Source: an uncultured virus (IMG/VR IMGVR_UViG_3300042898_003801) (Duplodnaviria > Heunggongvirae > Uroviricota > Caudoviricetes). Taken from it: 64,000 nt of DNA. The position numbers were made by a program, and so were the translations under genes. The notes beneath the pieces were generated by a model, which saw only the letters and a list, made by a program, of their open reading frames with translations, did not search any database and was not told the DNA's origin. Shown in pieces: positions 9,285 through 18,115 of the stretch. The first letter of the stretch is position 1; each line of letters starts with the position of its first letter. The stretch lies in IMG/VR virus record IMGVR_UViG_3300042898_003801, positions 1 to 64,000 of that record; one strand, given 5' to 3'.

Positions 9285-10187
9285 ATGTTAGAATATGAAC
9301 TGTCACAAACAGGCATTGGGTCAACACTGTCAATATTGTCAATGCTGTTGCATTCTGGAGAACCCATTACTCTGCATACGCCAGCATCAAACACAACTCT
9401 TAGAGAAATAAAAAAAATCTTTCAAATTGAACAATTGACCATTGTTGACAAACAGGCATTGGAAGATGATCTAATATTAAAATGCACAGACAAAGGTAAA
9501 TTTTTTAGTCCGTATCTTCATAATGATAATTTGGCTTTGTTTGGTAAACAATATCCTATCTCTGACCAGCGCAAACCATGCATTGGATTGGCCACCTGGG
9601 ACCTGCAGTATGAATTTGCAAACAATGCATTTCCTTACAATCGATTATATTCAAAAGAATTCTGGAGTGAAATTTTTCAGTTGGCGCAATCAGCGGGATA
9701 TGATGTCATAACATTTAACAGATTAGATACCAGCATTGAACAAAAAGTCTGGCAGCTAAATGAACTATGTGATTGTGTGATTGGCTACGAAGGCGGCATG
9801 TGTCATCTTGCTCACACATTGTCAATCCCTACTGTAATAATGCCCTGGCATCATTATGAGGATGGACGTTCTCCTGACTCTGATATGTTTTATGTACCAC
9901 AAAAATTACACCTAGATCCCAAAACTTATTTTGTCAAAGACGAGCAAGAAATACTGTCTTGGACTCCAACATATTTTGCTGAACTAATAACACAGTTGCA
10001 CGACAGTCAGGGAAATAGTGTATTTTTTAATAGTGACCTTATTATAAGCCCGCCCAATCTTAAAAGTGTTGCAATAAAAACTGTTGATGGACAAGAGTTA
10101 AACATAGTGTTGTCACAGTTTGAATTAGATTTCATTAAAAAATACATAAAAAATATTGCAATTGCCGGAATCAAATATTCCATATAA
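9285..10187 (+). CDS. GT9 (heptosyltransferase-like, GT-B) glycosyltransferase
   Basis: CDCVIGYEGGMCHLAHTLSIPTV matches the GT9 C-terminal motif. Confidence 0.6.
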   Translation: MLEYELSQTGIGSTLSILSMLLHSGEPITLHTPASNTTLREIKKIFQIEQLTIVDKQALEDDLILKCTDKGKFFSPYLHNDNLALFGKQYPISDQRKPCIGLATWDLQYEFANNAFPYNRLYSKEFWSEIFQLAQSAGYDVITFNRLDTSIEQKVWQLNELCDCVIGYEGGMCHLAHTLSIPTVIMPWHHYEDGRSPDSDMFYVPQKLHLDPKTYFVKDEQEILSWTPTYFAELITQLHDSQGNSVFFNSDLIISPPNLKSVAIKTVDGQELNIVLSQFELDFIKKYIKNIAIAGIKYSI

Positions 10188-10198
10188 AGTAGGATAAT

Positions 10199-10960
10199 AT
10201 GTCACGAATAATAGCGTTTGGAGATAGTTTTGTTGTGGGCGACCAAGATGATTTTGGCCCTGCTGATATAAACTACAATCCAAAATTTCCACCAACACAC
10301 AACATGCCGCCGATTGAAAGAGAAGAATATCTTAAAAACAATGTTAGTTTTGCGGCCATTATTGCAAAAAAATTAAATTGCGAATTTCTTAACAAGGCAG
10401 GAAGAGGACATAGCAATTTTTACCAGTTGGATAGATTAATGAGAATTATCTACAATGGATTATTAACAGAAAAAGACACAATATTGTTTGGGATTACCAC
10501 CACCTATAGAGATAGAAGAAGTCTGTCAGTCAATAATAAAGGTATAAATGACAATGGATTAGTAGAAAATCAGAATTTACGTTTTGTTGAGATATTTGAT
10601 TTATTTTATATTATATCTGCATTGGATCAAATATCTAAGAAATACAAAGTAAATATAATCAAATTTAATTTATTTGATAATCCATTGTATAGTTTTGAAG
10701 ATCATTTAAATAGTTTTGATAAGATTCTTGAAACTGACAATTTCTTGGGTCATCAGTTTAATAATAATACTCTAGTAGATATACTCAATGATACTTGGGG
10801 GCAAAATTATAATAAAAGGCCACCTTATCACACTGAATTAACAGTATCGGATGCATACAAAAAATATTATACATGGAATAATCATCCTTCAATATTGGGA
10901 CATCAGAAAATTGCAGATTGGTTTTTACAAAATATCAACTGGTCCGATTTAATAAAGTAG
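10199..10960 (+). CDS. SGNH/GDSL-like hydrolase/acyltransferase
   Basis: IAFGDSF, G.SN, HPS..GH; AT-rich. Confidence 0.7.
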   Translation: MSRIIAFGDSFVVGDQDDFGPADINYNPKFPPTHNMPPIEREEYLKNNVSFAAIIAKKLNCEFLNKAGRGHSNFYQLDRLMRIIYNGLLTEKDTILFGITTTYRDRRSLSVNNKGINDNGLVENQNLRFVEIFDLFYIISALDQISKKYKVNIIKFNLFDNPLYSFEDHLNSFDKILETDNFLGHQFNNNTLVDILNDTWGQNYNKRPPYHTELTVSDAYKKYYTWNNHPSILGHQKIADWFLQNINWSDLIK

Positions 10961-10978
10961 TGCTAAAAAACAACACCT

Positions 10979-11006
10979 AAAACCCTGTATTTTATAGGGG
11001 TTTTTT
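10979..11006 (+). terminator. Rho-independent terminator
   Basis: AAAACCCT-gtattttat-AGGGGTTTTTT. Confidence 0.65.
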
Positions 11007-11032
11007 GTGGCTAAAATACAACAAAATTTTGG

Positions 11033-11061
11033 TTGACCCAAAATGCCCGATTTGCTATAAT
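11033..11061 (+). promoter_or_regulatory. sigma70-type early promoter
   Basis: TTGACC-17nt-TATAAT with TG extension; ATG 6 nt downstream. Confidence 0.85.
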
Positions 11062-11067
11062 ACTAAC

Positions 11068-11382
11068 ATGAAGACAAGAAAACGCCGTCAAGACACCAAG
11101 CATGCAGTTTACATGTTAGTAAACACTAACACCAATGAGTCATATATTGGCATCACTGTATGCGGCTCGCAAGTAAAAAAAGCATTGAAAGTTCGCTTCC
11201 AAAAGCATGTGCGTCGCGCACTGACTGAAAACAAAACGTGGGCTTTATGCAACAGCATCCGCGAACACGGAGCAGAAGCTTTTGCAGTACTTTTAGTTGA
11301 CATTGTGCGTGGACGCAAACCAGCTCATGCAGTAGAACGCGAGCTAATCAATGGCGAAAATCCAGCTCTGAACAGTCACTAA
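11068..11382 (+). CDS. GIY-YIG nuclease domain protein
   Basis: AVYMLVN...YIGIT...RFQKH...E.ELI...LN. Confidence 0.75.
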   Translation: MKTRKRRQDTKHAVYMLVNTNTNESYIGITVCGSQVKKALKVRFQKHVRRALTENKTWALCNSIREHGAEAFAVLLVDIVRGRKPAHAVERELINGENPALNSH

Positions 11383-11386
11383 ACGG

Positions 11387-11439
11387 TTGACCCAAAACAC
11401 AAGATCGGTTATAATAACAGCATGTTAAGCAAAAAGGAG
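11387..11439 (+). promoter_or_regulatory. sigma70-type early promoter plus RBS
   Basis: TTGACC-17nt-TATAAT then AAAAAGGAG. Confidence 0.85.
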
Positions 11440-11445
11440 TTCAAA

Positions 11446-11763
11446 ATGGTAGATGAAAAGTACAAATCTCAGTTTTATTTAGACTGGACCAATGATGAAA
11501 CTGGTCCAGTTGCTCGCTGGCATTCCAACGATAAAATTCCTTTTGCAGACATGTTGCAAAATTTTGTAGATGCAGGTTGGATGGATGCTCAGATACAATC
11601 CAACAGTTTGGCTCAACGCATAATTGAAGACCGTGCCGCTATTGAAGCTTATCGTGCCAACTATCGTGGTCCTAGCACAGAAGAAATGTTAGAAGCCCGC
11701 GCCGAATTTGGCCCTGGTGCCCGAGTGGTAAATGTGTTGACCGGCGCATCATATACAGTTTAA
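11446..11763 (+). CDS. Early hypothetical protein
   Basis: Strong RBS; EMLEARAEFGPGARVVNVLTG. Confidence 0.7.
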   Translation: MVDEKYKSQFYLDWTNDETGPVARWHSNDKIPFADMLQNFVDAGWMDAQIQSNSLAQRIIEDRAAIEAYRANYRGPSTEEMLEARAEFGPGARVVNVLTGASYTV

Positions 11764-11773
11764 GGAGAGACAG

Positions 11774-12142
11774 ATGTTTACAGTATGGGAAGACATGACA
11801 CAATTAGAGCAGGCCCAAGCTACCTTTTGGGACATGTATAAAGATGCTTACGGCTTCCGTCCCCGTCACATTGACACCTCTACCTGGACTCTTGAGCAGT
11901 TCGATGCAGAGTTCGAAGGTCTCGGTGTAGCAATCGATGCGGCCGACCAAGAACGCAAAACAGCCGAAGCTCGGGCTGTAGAAACATTTGAGCGCCGTGT
12001 TGCTGAATTGATCAGCATGGGTGCCAAAGACTTGGCCATGGCCATGCGTTGGATCCACGAAGCAGAAGAGACCAACGGTGACGACAGTTACCTTGCTTGG
12101 ACACTGGGCTTGCCCTATATGTACTTCCGCAAAGCGGGTTAA
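11774..12142 (+). CDS. Early hypothetical protein
   Basis: TAAGGAG RBS; WDMYKDAYGFRPR. Confidence 0.75.
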   Translation: MFTVWEDMTQLEQAQATFWDMYKDAYGFRPRHIDTSTWTLEQFDAEFEGLGVAIDAADQERKTAEARAVETFERRVAELISMGAKDLAMAMRWIHEAEETNGDDSYLAWTLGLPYMYFRKAG

Positions 12143-12152
12143 GGAGAATTCA

Positions 12153-12386
12153 ATGAAGACAGGTTACAAAGCAGAATACAATGGTTGTACATACGAAGTC
12201 GAGCACGGTGATGCGTTTGATCGTGGTTCAGCAGACAGCTACTACGGTCGCCCACGTAGACCGCACAAAGGCGGAGTGGGTGGTGATTCGGGTTCTTTAA
12301 ACATAAACCTTACACCGCAAGAGATTGCAGACTACATGGCCGGTTACGACTGGAACGAAGCCGACGGCAACAAAAAGGATTGGTAA
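12153..12386 (+). CDS. Early hypothetical protein
   Basis: TAAGGAG RBS; HGDAFDRGSADSYYGR. Confidence 0.7.
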   Translation: MKTGYKAEYNGCTYEVEHGDAFDRGSADSYYGRPRRPHKGGVGGDSGSLNINLTPQEIADYMAGYDWNEADGNKKDW

Positions 12387-12631
12387 TGAATGATTTAGAA
12401 TTGCATGGGCTGAACGCTCGCCAACAGGTGCTGGCAGACATCATGTGGAGTCTTGAAGAATACGACCAAGTTCAGGCCTTTATCAACACCTTGCCCAAGC
12501 GAGAAAAGATTGAGTGTGAAGGCATCATTGAAATGATGAAAATGGCCGTAGTTGAACAATGCCGCACTGGCGTTGAAAACACCAAAGAAGCTGATAAAAT
12601 TATTAAACAAATACGTTCTAAAAAGGATTGA
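12386..12631 (+). CDS. Early hypothetical protein
   Basis: TAATG coupling to upstream gene. Confidence 0.6.
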   Translation: MNDLELHGLNARQQVLADIMWSLEEYDQVQAFINTLPKREKIECEGIIEMMKMAVVEQCRTGVENTKEADKIIKQIRSKKD

Positions 12632-12632
12632 T

Positions 12633-12806
12633 ATGGGACAGATGAAATCATTGTTTGTGGAGTTTTTAGAGAAATACGAATCATGCACTCCGGAAGAAAT
12701 TCAGGAAGAGCTAGACCTGTACAATAGTCTGCAGAGTCGAGGTGTGACTGACGAAATTCGTATTTCATTCTTGGAACAATTATTGACTAATAAAGAGGTG
12801 GCATAA
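12633..12806 (+). CDS. Early hypothetical protein
   Basis: AAGGA RBS; MGQMKSLF... Confidence 0.55.
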   Translation: MGQMKSLFVEFLEKYESCTPEEIQEELDLYNSLQSRGVTDEIRISFLEQLLTNKEVA

Positions 12807-13078
12807 TGGATATCAAAGAAATCAACAATGCAATCATGTTCAATGGATTAACCAATGAGCAGTTGGAATCTGTTATGATGGCAGTGAAATTTGCTCGAAC
12901 CCAACTGGTAATCAACAACAAACGGTCGTTGTGTATTGGGGATCGTGTTAAGTTTACCAGCAATCGCAATGGCCGTACTTATCTTGGCACAGTTGAAAAA
13001 ATTGCCATCAAGTATATCACAGTTCACACCGGCGGCTCTTTGTTTAGAGTTCCAGCAAACATGTTAGAGGCGGCATGA
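12806..13078 (+). CDS. Hypothetical protein with SH3-like C-terminal domain
   Basis: GAGG RBS; IGDRVKF...GTVEKI..KYITV...RVP. Confidence 0.6.
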   Translation: MDIKEINNAIMFNGLTNEQLESVMMAVKFARTQLVINNKRSLCIGDRVKFTSNRNGRTYLGTVEKIAIKYITVHTGGSLFRVPANMLEAA

Positions 13079-13091
13079 TAGCCGAGTTAAA

Positions 13092-13319
13092 TTGTTTTTT
13101 GTAGTGTATCGGGTGAAATCGGGTCACTGCATAAGTGTGTATGATCGCGAAAGTTCAGCCAAGGCTCAGGTCACACGAAATAATCGTGTCCTGATGATGG
13201 ATATATTACGGGGTGAAAACCGACCAATTAATTGGTGGCCAGGCCGTCGAGAAGAATGGGCCTATTGCAATTATGCAGACTATGCAGCCCATTTTTACAA
13301 GGCCTACAAAGCCAAATAA
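13092..13319 (+). CDS. Early hypothetical protein
   Basis: ORF filling gap; TTG start. Confidence 0.45.
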   Translation: MFFVVYRVKSGHCISVYDRESSAKAQVTRNNRVLMMDILRGENRPINWWPGRREEWAYCNYADYAAHFYKAYKAK

Positions 13320-13346
13320 GTGTTGCAAAAAAACAACACAAAAAGG

Positions 13347-13399
13347 TTGACCAAAAACACCCGTTTTGCTATAATAGAAGTATAGTAAGAAACAAGGAG
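13347..13399 (+). promoter_or_regulatory. sigma70-type early promoter plus RBS
   Basis: TTGACC-17nt-TATAAT, TATAGTAA, AAGGAG. Confidence 0.85.
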
Positions 13400-13405
13400 T
13401 TAAAG

Positions 13406-13669
13406 ATGACTTTAAGATACGAAACAGTTGGTGAAATGATCACTCAGCACCAGCAAGAAAAATTTGAAAGCGATGTAACTTACATTGTTCGTCCGTTGCT
13501 AAATGACAACGAACATGCTGGTTTTTTTGGAGAAACTGGCACCTTGTTTGCTGCTTGTTCTGAGTTGACTGCCCAGACCATTTTTGACCGATTGATCCTG
13601 GAATTTGGTGTGGGAAAAGTGCAACTCAACGGCCCAATTCAAGGCGAATACGCCTATGATTTTGTGTGA
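13406..13669 (+). CDS. Early hypothetical protein
   Basis: Own promoter and RBS. Confidence 0.7.
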   Translation: MTLRYETVGEMITQHQQEKFESDVTYIVRPLLNDNEHAGFFGETGTLFAACSELTAQTIFDRLILEFGVGKVQLNGPIQGEYAYDFV

Positions 13670-13675
13670 AAACGG

Positions 13676-13728
13676 TTGACCAAAAATACCCAATTTGTTA
13701 TAATAACAGCATAGTAAGTAAAAAGGAG
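13676..13728 (+). promoter_or_regulatory. sigma70-type early promoter plus RBS
   Basis: TTGACC-17nt-TATAAT, ATAGTAA, AAAAAGGAG. Confidence 0.85.
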
Positions 13729-13734
13729 ATAGTT

Positions 13735-14088
13735 ATGCAAGCAGTCGCAACAGTGATCACAGAGCAGTTGGTACAAGACGCTACCAACGAAGCAGGCATC
13801 CAAGCCCGTACTGCCGCCAAGGCATTCCACGCCAAGCATGGCGATCGTGATGCTTGTGGCTTTGCCTGGGTTAACGTCTACGGCGTTCGCTCAAACAGCA
13901 AGCTGGGCAAGTGGTTGGCAGCCGCAGGCTTCCGCAAAGACTACACGGGTGCCTTGTGCCTGTGGAACCCCAGTGGTTTCCCTACACAAAGCATCAGCAT
14001 CTTGGAAGCCGGCGCCGAAGCCTACGCCGAAGTACTGAAGAACAAGCTGGGTCTGGATCGTGTTTACGCAGGTTCACGGTTAGATTGA
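13735..14088 (+). CDS. Early hypothetical protein
   Basis: Own promoter and RBS; CGFAWV...QS...EAGA.AYA.VL...SRLD. Confidence 0.75.
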   Translation: MQAVATVITEQLVQDATNEAGIQARTAAKAFHAKHGDRDACGFAWVNVYGVRSNSKLGKWLAAAGFRKDYTGALCLWNPSGFPTQSISILEAGAEAYAEVLKNKLGLDRVYAGSRLD

Positions 14089-14141
14089 TTGACCAATAAA
14101 TTCCGATCTGTTATAATACTTGTATAGTAATTAAAAAGGAG
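14089..14141 (+). promoter_or_regulatory. sigma70-type early promoter plus RBS
   Basis: TTGACC-17nt-TATAAT, TATAGTAA, AAAAAGGAG. Confidence 0.85.
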
Positions 14142-14147
14142 TTCAAG

Positions 14148-14426
14148 ATGAGTTATGTAATTGTTGCCAAAGGTACTGGTCTTATTGTCACAGACGGTCC
14201 CAACCGAACTCGTGCCTACAAAACTTTTGGTGCCGCCAAAGCCACCCGCACTCGTCTGTGTAACAAGGCAGGTTGGAACGAAAGCCAACTGAACATTGTA
14301 GATCGCGGCACTTACACTGCACCCCGGATCACTGTTCGCAATTTAATGACAGGCAAGCCGGTAGAGATTGATGCAGACACTCCGTGGTCATGCAACCCGG
14401 CTTCGGAAACTTATTGGAGCATGTGA
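14148..14426 (+). CDS. Early hypothetical protein
   Basis: NLMTGKPVEIDADTPWSCNPASETYWSM C-terminal motif. Confidence 0.75.
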   Translation: MSYVIVAKGTGLIVTDGPNRTRAYKTFGAAKATRTRLCNKAGWNESQLNIVDRGTYTAPRITVRNLMTGKPVEIDADTPWSCNPASETYWSM

Positions 14427-14509
14427 TGACAGATTTAGAAATTATTGTAACAACAGCAGTGGTCGTTGTGATCTTTGCTGTGAAGGTTTGGATTCTCACA
14501 AAGATTTAA
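14426..14509 (+). CDS. 27-aa single-TM peptide
   Basis: TGATG coupling, GGAG upstream; MTDLEIIVTTAVVVVIFAVKVWILTKI. Confidence 0.5.
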   Translation: MTDLEIIVTTAVVVVIFAVKVWILTKI

Positions 14510-14530
14510 GGCAACAAAAGGAGCAAAAAG

Positions 14531-15238
14531 ATGCAATATTATATGCCAGGCAAATACCCAAAATCAACTCGTTCAGCCGCACCCGGTACCAAGTATCCAG
14601 TGGCCCTGGTTTGGGCAGCGGCCATTGCAGCACATCGTATCAATGATAACCGTTATATCAAGGCCACTGAATGGGATCACCAAGCAGATCCACCTGTGTT
14701 GAAATTTAAAACCAGTCGCGAAGTGTTTGCAGAATTGCTGACTGACCCAACTCAGTTGACTGCCGAAGATTACCAAGCTGGTCAAGAGTGTTTGGATTGG
14801 GTGCGTGGTGACTTCACTGTCAAAGCCCTAAAAGGTCAATTGAGCGAATTTGATCTAAGTGTGCAAAAGGTCGTTGCAGTAGAGGAAAGTTTTGATTCCA
14901 ATTTGGATCGACTGGCCTTGGCCATTGTTCCATGCTTGCCAGCAAGCCAAGCTCGTGGCCAGGCTCGTGCAGAAACAGATTCGAGACTGCGTCAAACTGC
15001 CAATGAACACATTGGCCGTGTGGGTGAAAAAGTCAGTTTAGAAGTAGAAGTTTTGAGAGCTTCTTACAGCGCCAACTACAATGTTTGGTTTGTAGCTGCG
15101 GTTGATAGTCAAAATCGTAGTGTGTTTTTTAGCTACCGCGCTCCTATTGAAACAGGACCCGGTACAAAGATCCGTGGCACTGTCAAAGCTCACCGTGACA
15201 ATAACACCACCCAACTCAACCGTGTGAGCATTATCTAA
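14531..15238 (+). CDS. Hypothetical protein with C-terminal OB-fold-like domain
   Basis: IGRVGEKVSLEVEV...IRGTVKAH...TQLNRV. Confidence 0.6.
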   Translation: MQYYMPGKYPKSTRSAAPGTKYPVALVWAAAIAAHRINDNRYIKATEWDHQADPPVLKFKTSREVFAELLTDPTQLTAEDYQAGQECLDWVRGDFTVKALKGQLSEFDLSVQKVVAVEESFDSNLDRLALAIVPCLPASQARGQARAETDSRLRQTANEHIGRVGEKVSLEVEVLRASYSANYNVWFVAAVDSQNRSVFFSYRAPIETGPGTKIRGTVKAHRDNNTTQLNRVSII

Positions 15239-15247
15239 GGAAATATC

Positions 15248-15376
15248 ATGAGCAAACTCATAATTGGATTCATTTTAGGCTTGGTGGTCAGTGCCGTTGG
15301 ATTTTCGGGCATTGCTCGAATGTTTGACAAGGGCGTTCAGACCATCCAAACTCAAAGCAAAGAATTGGCCCAGTGA
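15248..15376 (+). CDS. 42-aa membrane-anchored peptide
   Basis: TAAGGA RBS; MSKLIIGFILGLVVSAVGFSGIARMFDKG... Confidence 0.65.
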   Translation: MSKLIIGFILGLVVSAVGFSGIARMFDKGVQTIQTQSKELAQ

Positions 15377-15412
15377 TTCGGGCAAACCCAATCAAAATTA
15401 TTGCAAAAAGAC

Positions 15413-15441
15413 TTGACCATAAACTGTTCTTTTGCTATAAT
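15413..15441 (+). promoter_or_regulatory. sigma70-type promoter
   Basis: TTGACC-17nt-TATAAT with TG extension. Confidence 0.8.
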
Positions 15442-15512
15442 ATTGATATGTTGTGTGACAAGCAACATGTATTTTAACTTAAACTTTATAGGCAACTTTG
15501 AAAGGCAACACC

Positions 15513-15860
15513 ATGTCAACAACTGAAAAACTCTTCTCCGTCGCAGGCACTGCAACTAATCCTGATGGCACTACCAAAGCTCGCTTTGCGAATGATTTGG
15601 TATCTCGTCATAAGATTTTGAACAAGTCTGGTTGCACAGATATCAATCTGATTGAACTTCCACATGCAATGACCAAATTGCAGGCTTTGCAGTTCTTGCA
15701 AGACACACAGGGCTACACTGGCGATGCCAGCTATGCAGTAGCCAACAAATTGGCAGAAAAAACCAAACTTGCCAAGAAAGGCGAATTGACTGTCAGTGCT
15801 TCAAGTGTGAAGTCTGGCAAAACACCTGCCAAGGCTGTTAACTCAGCAGTAGAAGCCTAA
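15513..15860 (+). CDS. Hypothetical basic protein
   Basis: FSVAG...KARFAND...LIELP..MTK; Lys/Ala tail. Confidence 0.7.
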   Translation: MSTTEKLFSVAGTATNPDGTTKARFANDLVSRHKILNKSGCTDINLIELPHAMTKLQALQFLQDTQGYTGDASYAVANKLAEKTKLAKKGELTVSASSVKSGKTPAKAVNSAVEA

Positions 15861-15879
15861 TAGGAATCTACTCCAACAC

Positions 15880-15903
15880 AATGGCACTTCGGTGCCATTT
15901 TTT
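15880..15903 (+). terminator. Rho-independent terminator with UUCG loop
   Basis: AATGGCAC-TTCG-GTGCCATT followed by T-run. Confidence 0.85.
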
Positions 15904-15933
15904 ACGATTTTTAAATCTGTCATAATTAATTGT

Positions 15934-16179
15934 ATGCTCGATGAAAACACCCAAGAAGAAATAATCCGTATAGCTACCATGCATCTCATGTTGGTATTGT
16001 ATCGAGAAGGTATAACTAAAATCCATATGGGCGGTCTCATGCGTGTTTTGGGTGTGCCCAATGACACTGCAGCTGAACACGACAATGAAGAAGTCATAAT
16101 AGACGATGAATTTGCTAAATATGTTGAGCAATTGACTGCGCTTGCTTGTAGTCAGCCTGCCAATCAATCCTTGCACTAA
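15934..16179 (+). CDS. Hypothetical protein
   Basis: HMGGLMRVLGV motif; TAATTA 5 nt upstream. Confidence 0.6.
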   Translation: MLDENTQEEIIRIATMHLMLVLYREGITKIHMGGLMRVLGVPNDTAAEHDNEEVIIDDEFAKYVEQLTALACSQPANQSLH

Positions 16180-16422
16180 ATGTCCCAACCCAAAGATAAA
16201 CATGGTGAAGCCATGTTTATAATATTACTCAGAACGTCTCAGGCTAGAAATTTATTCACTGCCTGGATCAACGACAATAAAAATGCTCGTGCCAGAATCG
16301 ATGATGGACGTATGTATTTGTTTGATCATAATTCATTGAACTTGTTTATGGTGACCTGGCGCCACAATTGGGACGATGTAACTATATGGGATACTTGGAA
16401 TCGTCGACACATACATGGGTGA
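16180..16422 (+). CDS. Hypothetical protein
   Basis: Abutting ORF; IWDTWNRRHI. Confidence 0.6.
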   Translation: MSQPKDKHGEAMFIILLRTSQARNLFTAWINDNKNARARIDDGRMYLFDHNSLNLFMVTWRHNWDDVTIWDTWNRRHIHG

Positions 16423-16425
16423 TTT

Positions 16426-17145
16426 ATGTCGCAATTTATAAAATTACAAGTTTCGTTCCCTCCTGGAGCAGGAGGCAATTGGCTTGCAAGTGTGTTAAGT
16501 TATTGTGTTTACCCTGATTATAGTTGGGCAGCTCAAAAAATAAATTTTCATAACATATATAAAATTGAGTTAGGTCACCATCCAATGATTACAGATAATA
16601 CATTGTCCATTGGAAATAACTCTTACAAATATAATTTTTGGAAATTATATCTGCATAAACAAATATTACGCAACTCCAAGTACACACGTATTGGAGGGAA
16701 AAAATTTATAGTAAATCCTCACAAACAAACTATTAACAACAAAGATAATTTTTTCTGGTTAATTGATCAATGTAGATGTATACAAAACTATCAATGTCCT
16801 GGAAAATTTCAAATTGATTGGCAAGATTTATTTGTTGATCCTAATCGTGCCTGGACTGCTATCTGTAATTTCCTTGAATACAATCACAAAAAAAATCATA
16901 TTGATTTTCCTCAATTTAAAATTGCATTAGATAGCTATACAAAAACTTGCCAGGTTGTAAATTACAAAACAAATGTTAATCATAGGTTGTTTTTAATATG
17001 GAGTTTGGCATTTTTACAAAATAATAATTACACTGCACCATTTGATGTATTTGAAAAATTCGGGTCGGAAGAAATGACGACCTGGGTTCATAAATTCCGC
17101 CCGATGATTTTAGAGTACACACAGCAAAATACGTTTTCAATTTGA
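16426..17145 (+). CDS. Sulfotransferase-like (P-loop) protein
   Basis: N-terminal FPPGAGGNWL; later I.W.DLF; AT-rich. Confidence 0.45.
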   Translation: MSQFIKLQVSFPPGAGGNWLASVLSYCVYPDYSWAAQKINFHNIYKIELGHHPMITDNTLSIGNNSYKYNFWKLYLHKQILRNSKYTRIGGKKFIVNPHKQTINNKDNFFWLIDQCRCIQNYQCPGKFQIDWQDLFVDPNRAWTAICNFLEYNHKKNHIDFPQFKIALDSYTKTCQVVNYKTNVNHRLFLIWSLAFLQNNNYTAPFDVFEKFGSEEMTTWVHKFRPMILEYTQQNTFSI

Positions 17146-17156
17146 TTAAACAAAAT

Positions 17157-17184
17157 TTGACAAGTGTGCAAAATGTTGTATAAT
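17157..17184 (+). promoter_or_regulatory. sigma70-type promoter
   Basis: TTGACA-16nt-TATAAT. Confidence 0.7.
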
Positions 17185-17209
17185 TACTATACATTTAAAG
17201 GAAACACAA

Positions 17210-17401
17210 ATGACACAACATGAACAAATCGTAGCCGCTTATGAAACTTACCTTGCCGAAAATGCCAAGTTTACAGAAAAAGGTGTCAAAGCCGCAGCGG
17301 CCCGTGCTAGAAAAGCCCTGCAGGAAATGAGCAAAGGTATCAAAGAGCGTCGTAAAGAAATTACCGCTGAAAAAGAAACATTAGCAACTGCCAAACCCTA
17401 A
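17210..17401 (+). CDS. Histone H1-like (Hc1-type) small DNA-binding protein
   Basis: KF.EKGVKAAAARARKAL.E..K..KE.RK motif. Confidence 0.7.
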   Translation: MTQHEQIVAAYETYLAENAKFTEKGVKAAAARARKALQEMSKGIKERRKEITAEKETLATAKP

Positions 17402-17450
17402 TCCGGGTACCGCTTTGTAAATACTGCTGGTTGAATATAAAAGTAATTGC

Positions 17451-17942
17451 ATGGATTTAGCAAAATCTAACAACACCACTCACTACAGTGAAGATACCAT
17501 TTCTATAGATTCAATAGACGCACCTGCTACCATTGGTGCTATTGACTCTATAACTGTATCATCACTTGGTAACACAACTGGTACCTACTCCATTGACAAT
17601 CCTTACTTAATCAATGGTGGTAGCACTATTAGTGCGGTCACAGGGGCCAACGGCTACAGTTATGCCAACTGGAACACACAGGCTGGCACCATTGTTCCCA
17701 GCGGAACAATCAGTCTCCAAGGTGAAAATGCTGACATCCGGGTCAACGGTGTAAGCCTGATGGATACATTAAACACCATTGCAGAACGCTTGAATATTTT
17801 ACACCCAAACCCAGAACTAGAAACAGAATGGGATCAACTTCGAGAACTTGGCGAGCAGTACCGAGAACTAGAAAAACAACTTAAAGAAAAATCAGAGATG
17901 TGGGAAAAGCTAACTGCAATGCCACCACCGATTGTTGATTAA
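17451..17942 (+). CDS. Hypothetical protein
   Basis: ADIRVNGVSL...ERLNIL.PNPELE..W..L; coiled-coil C-terminus. Confidence 0.65.
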   Translation: MDLAKSNNTTHYSEDTISIDSIDAPATIGAIDSITVSSLGNTTGTYSIDNPYLINGGSTISAVTGANGYSYANWNTQAGTIVPSGTISLQGENADIRVNGVSLMDTLNTIAERLNILHPNPELETEWDQLRELGEQYRELEKQLKEKSEMWEKLTAMPPPIVD

Positions 17943-18115
17943 GTGTGTAGTTAACGACAAAAATGTACCAGAATTTCCGGTATAACAGTCCATTAACAAA
18001 GTCAGAACTAAGTATTTGCGGGGGCAGAAAACCCAATCTGCTAATTTATATATTGGCAATAGGTCACAATCATACATCTGCCCCTTCTTATCAATCCAGT
18101 TAAAAGGAGAACAAG

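Noticed and set aside
11068..11382. GIY-YIG gene as an intron-encoded homing endonuclease
   Set aside because: Free-standing with its own promoter, only about 104 aa, with no interrupted host gene around it
11031..14147. Recurring ~55-bp elements as a CRISPR array or attC-like cassette sites
   Set aside because: Copies are degenerate, irregularly spaced, separated by whole genes and explained by -35/-10/RBS; no cas or integrase genes in the window
15868..16203. 111-aa antisense ORF (and other long antisense ORFs such as 25210-25686, 51965-52444, 60942-61382)
   Set aside because: Shadows of well-supported plus-strand genes; no RBS or recognisable motifs
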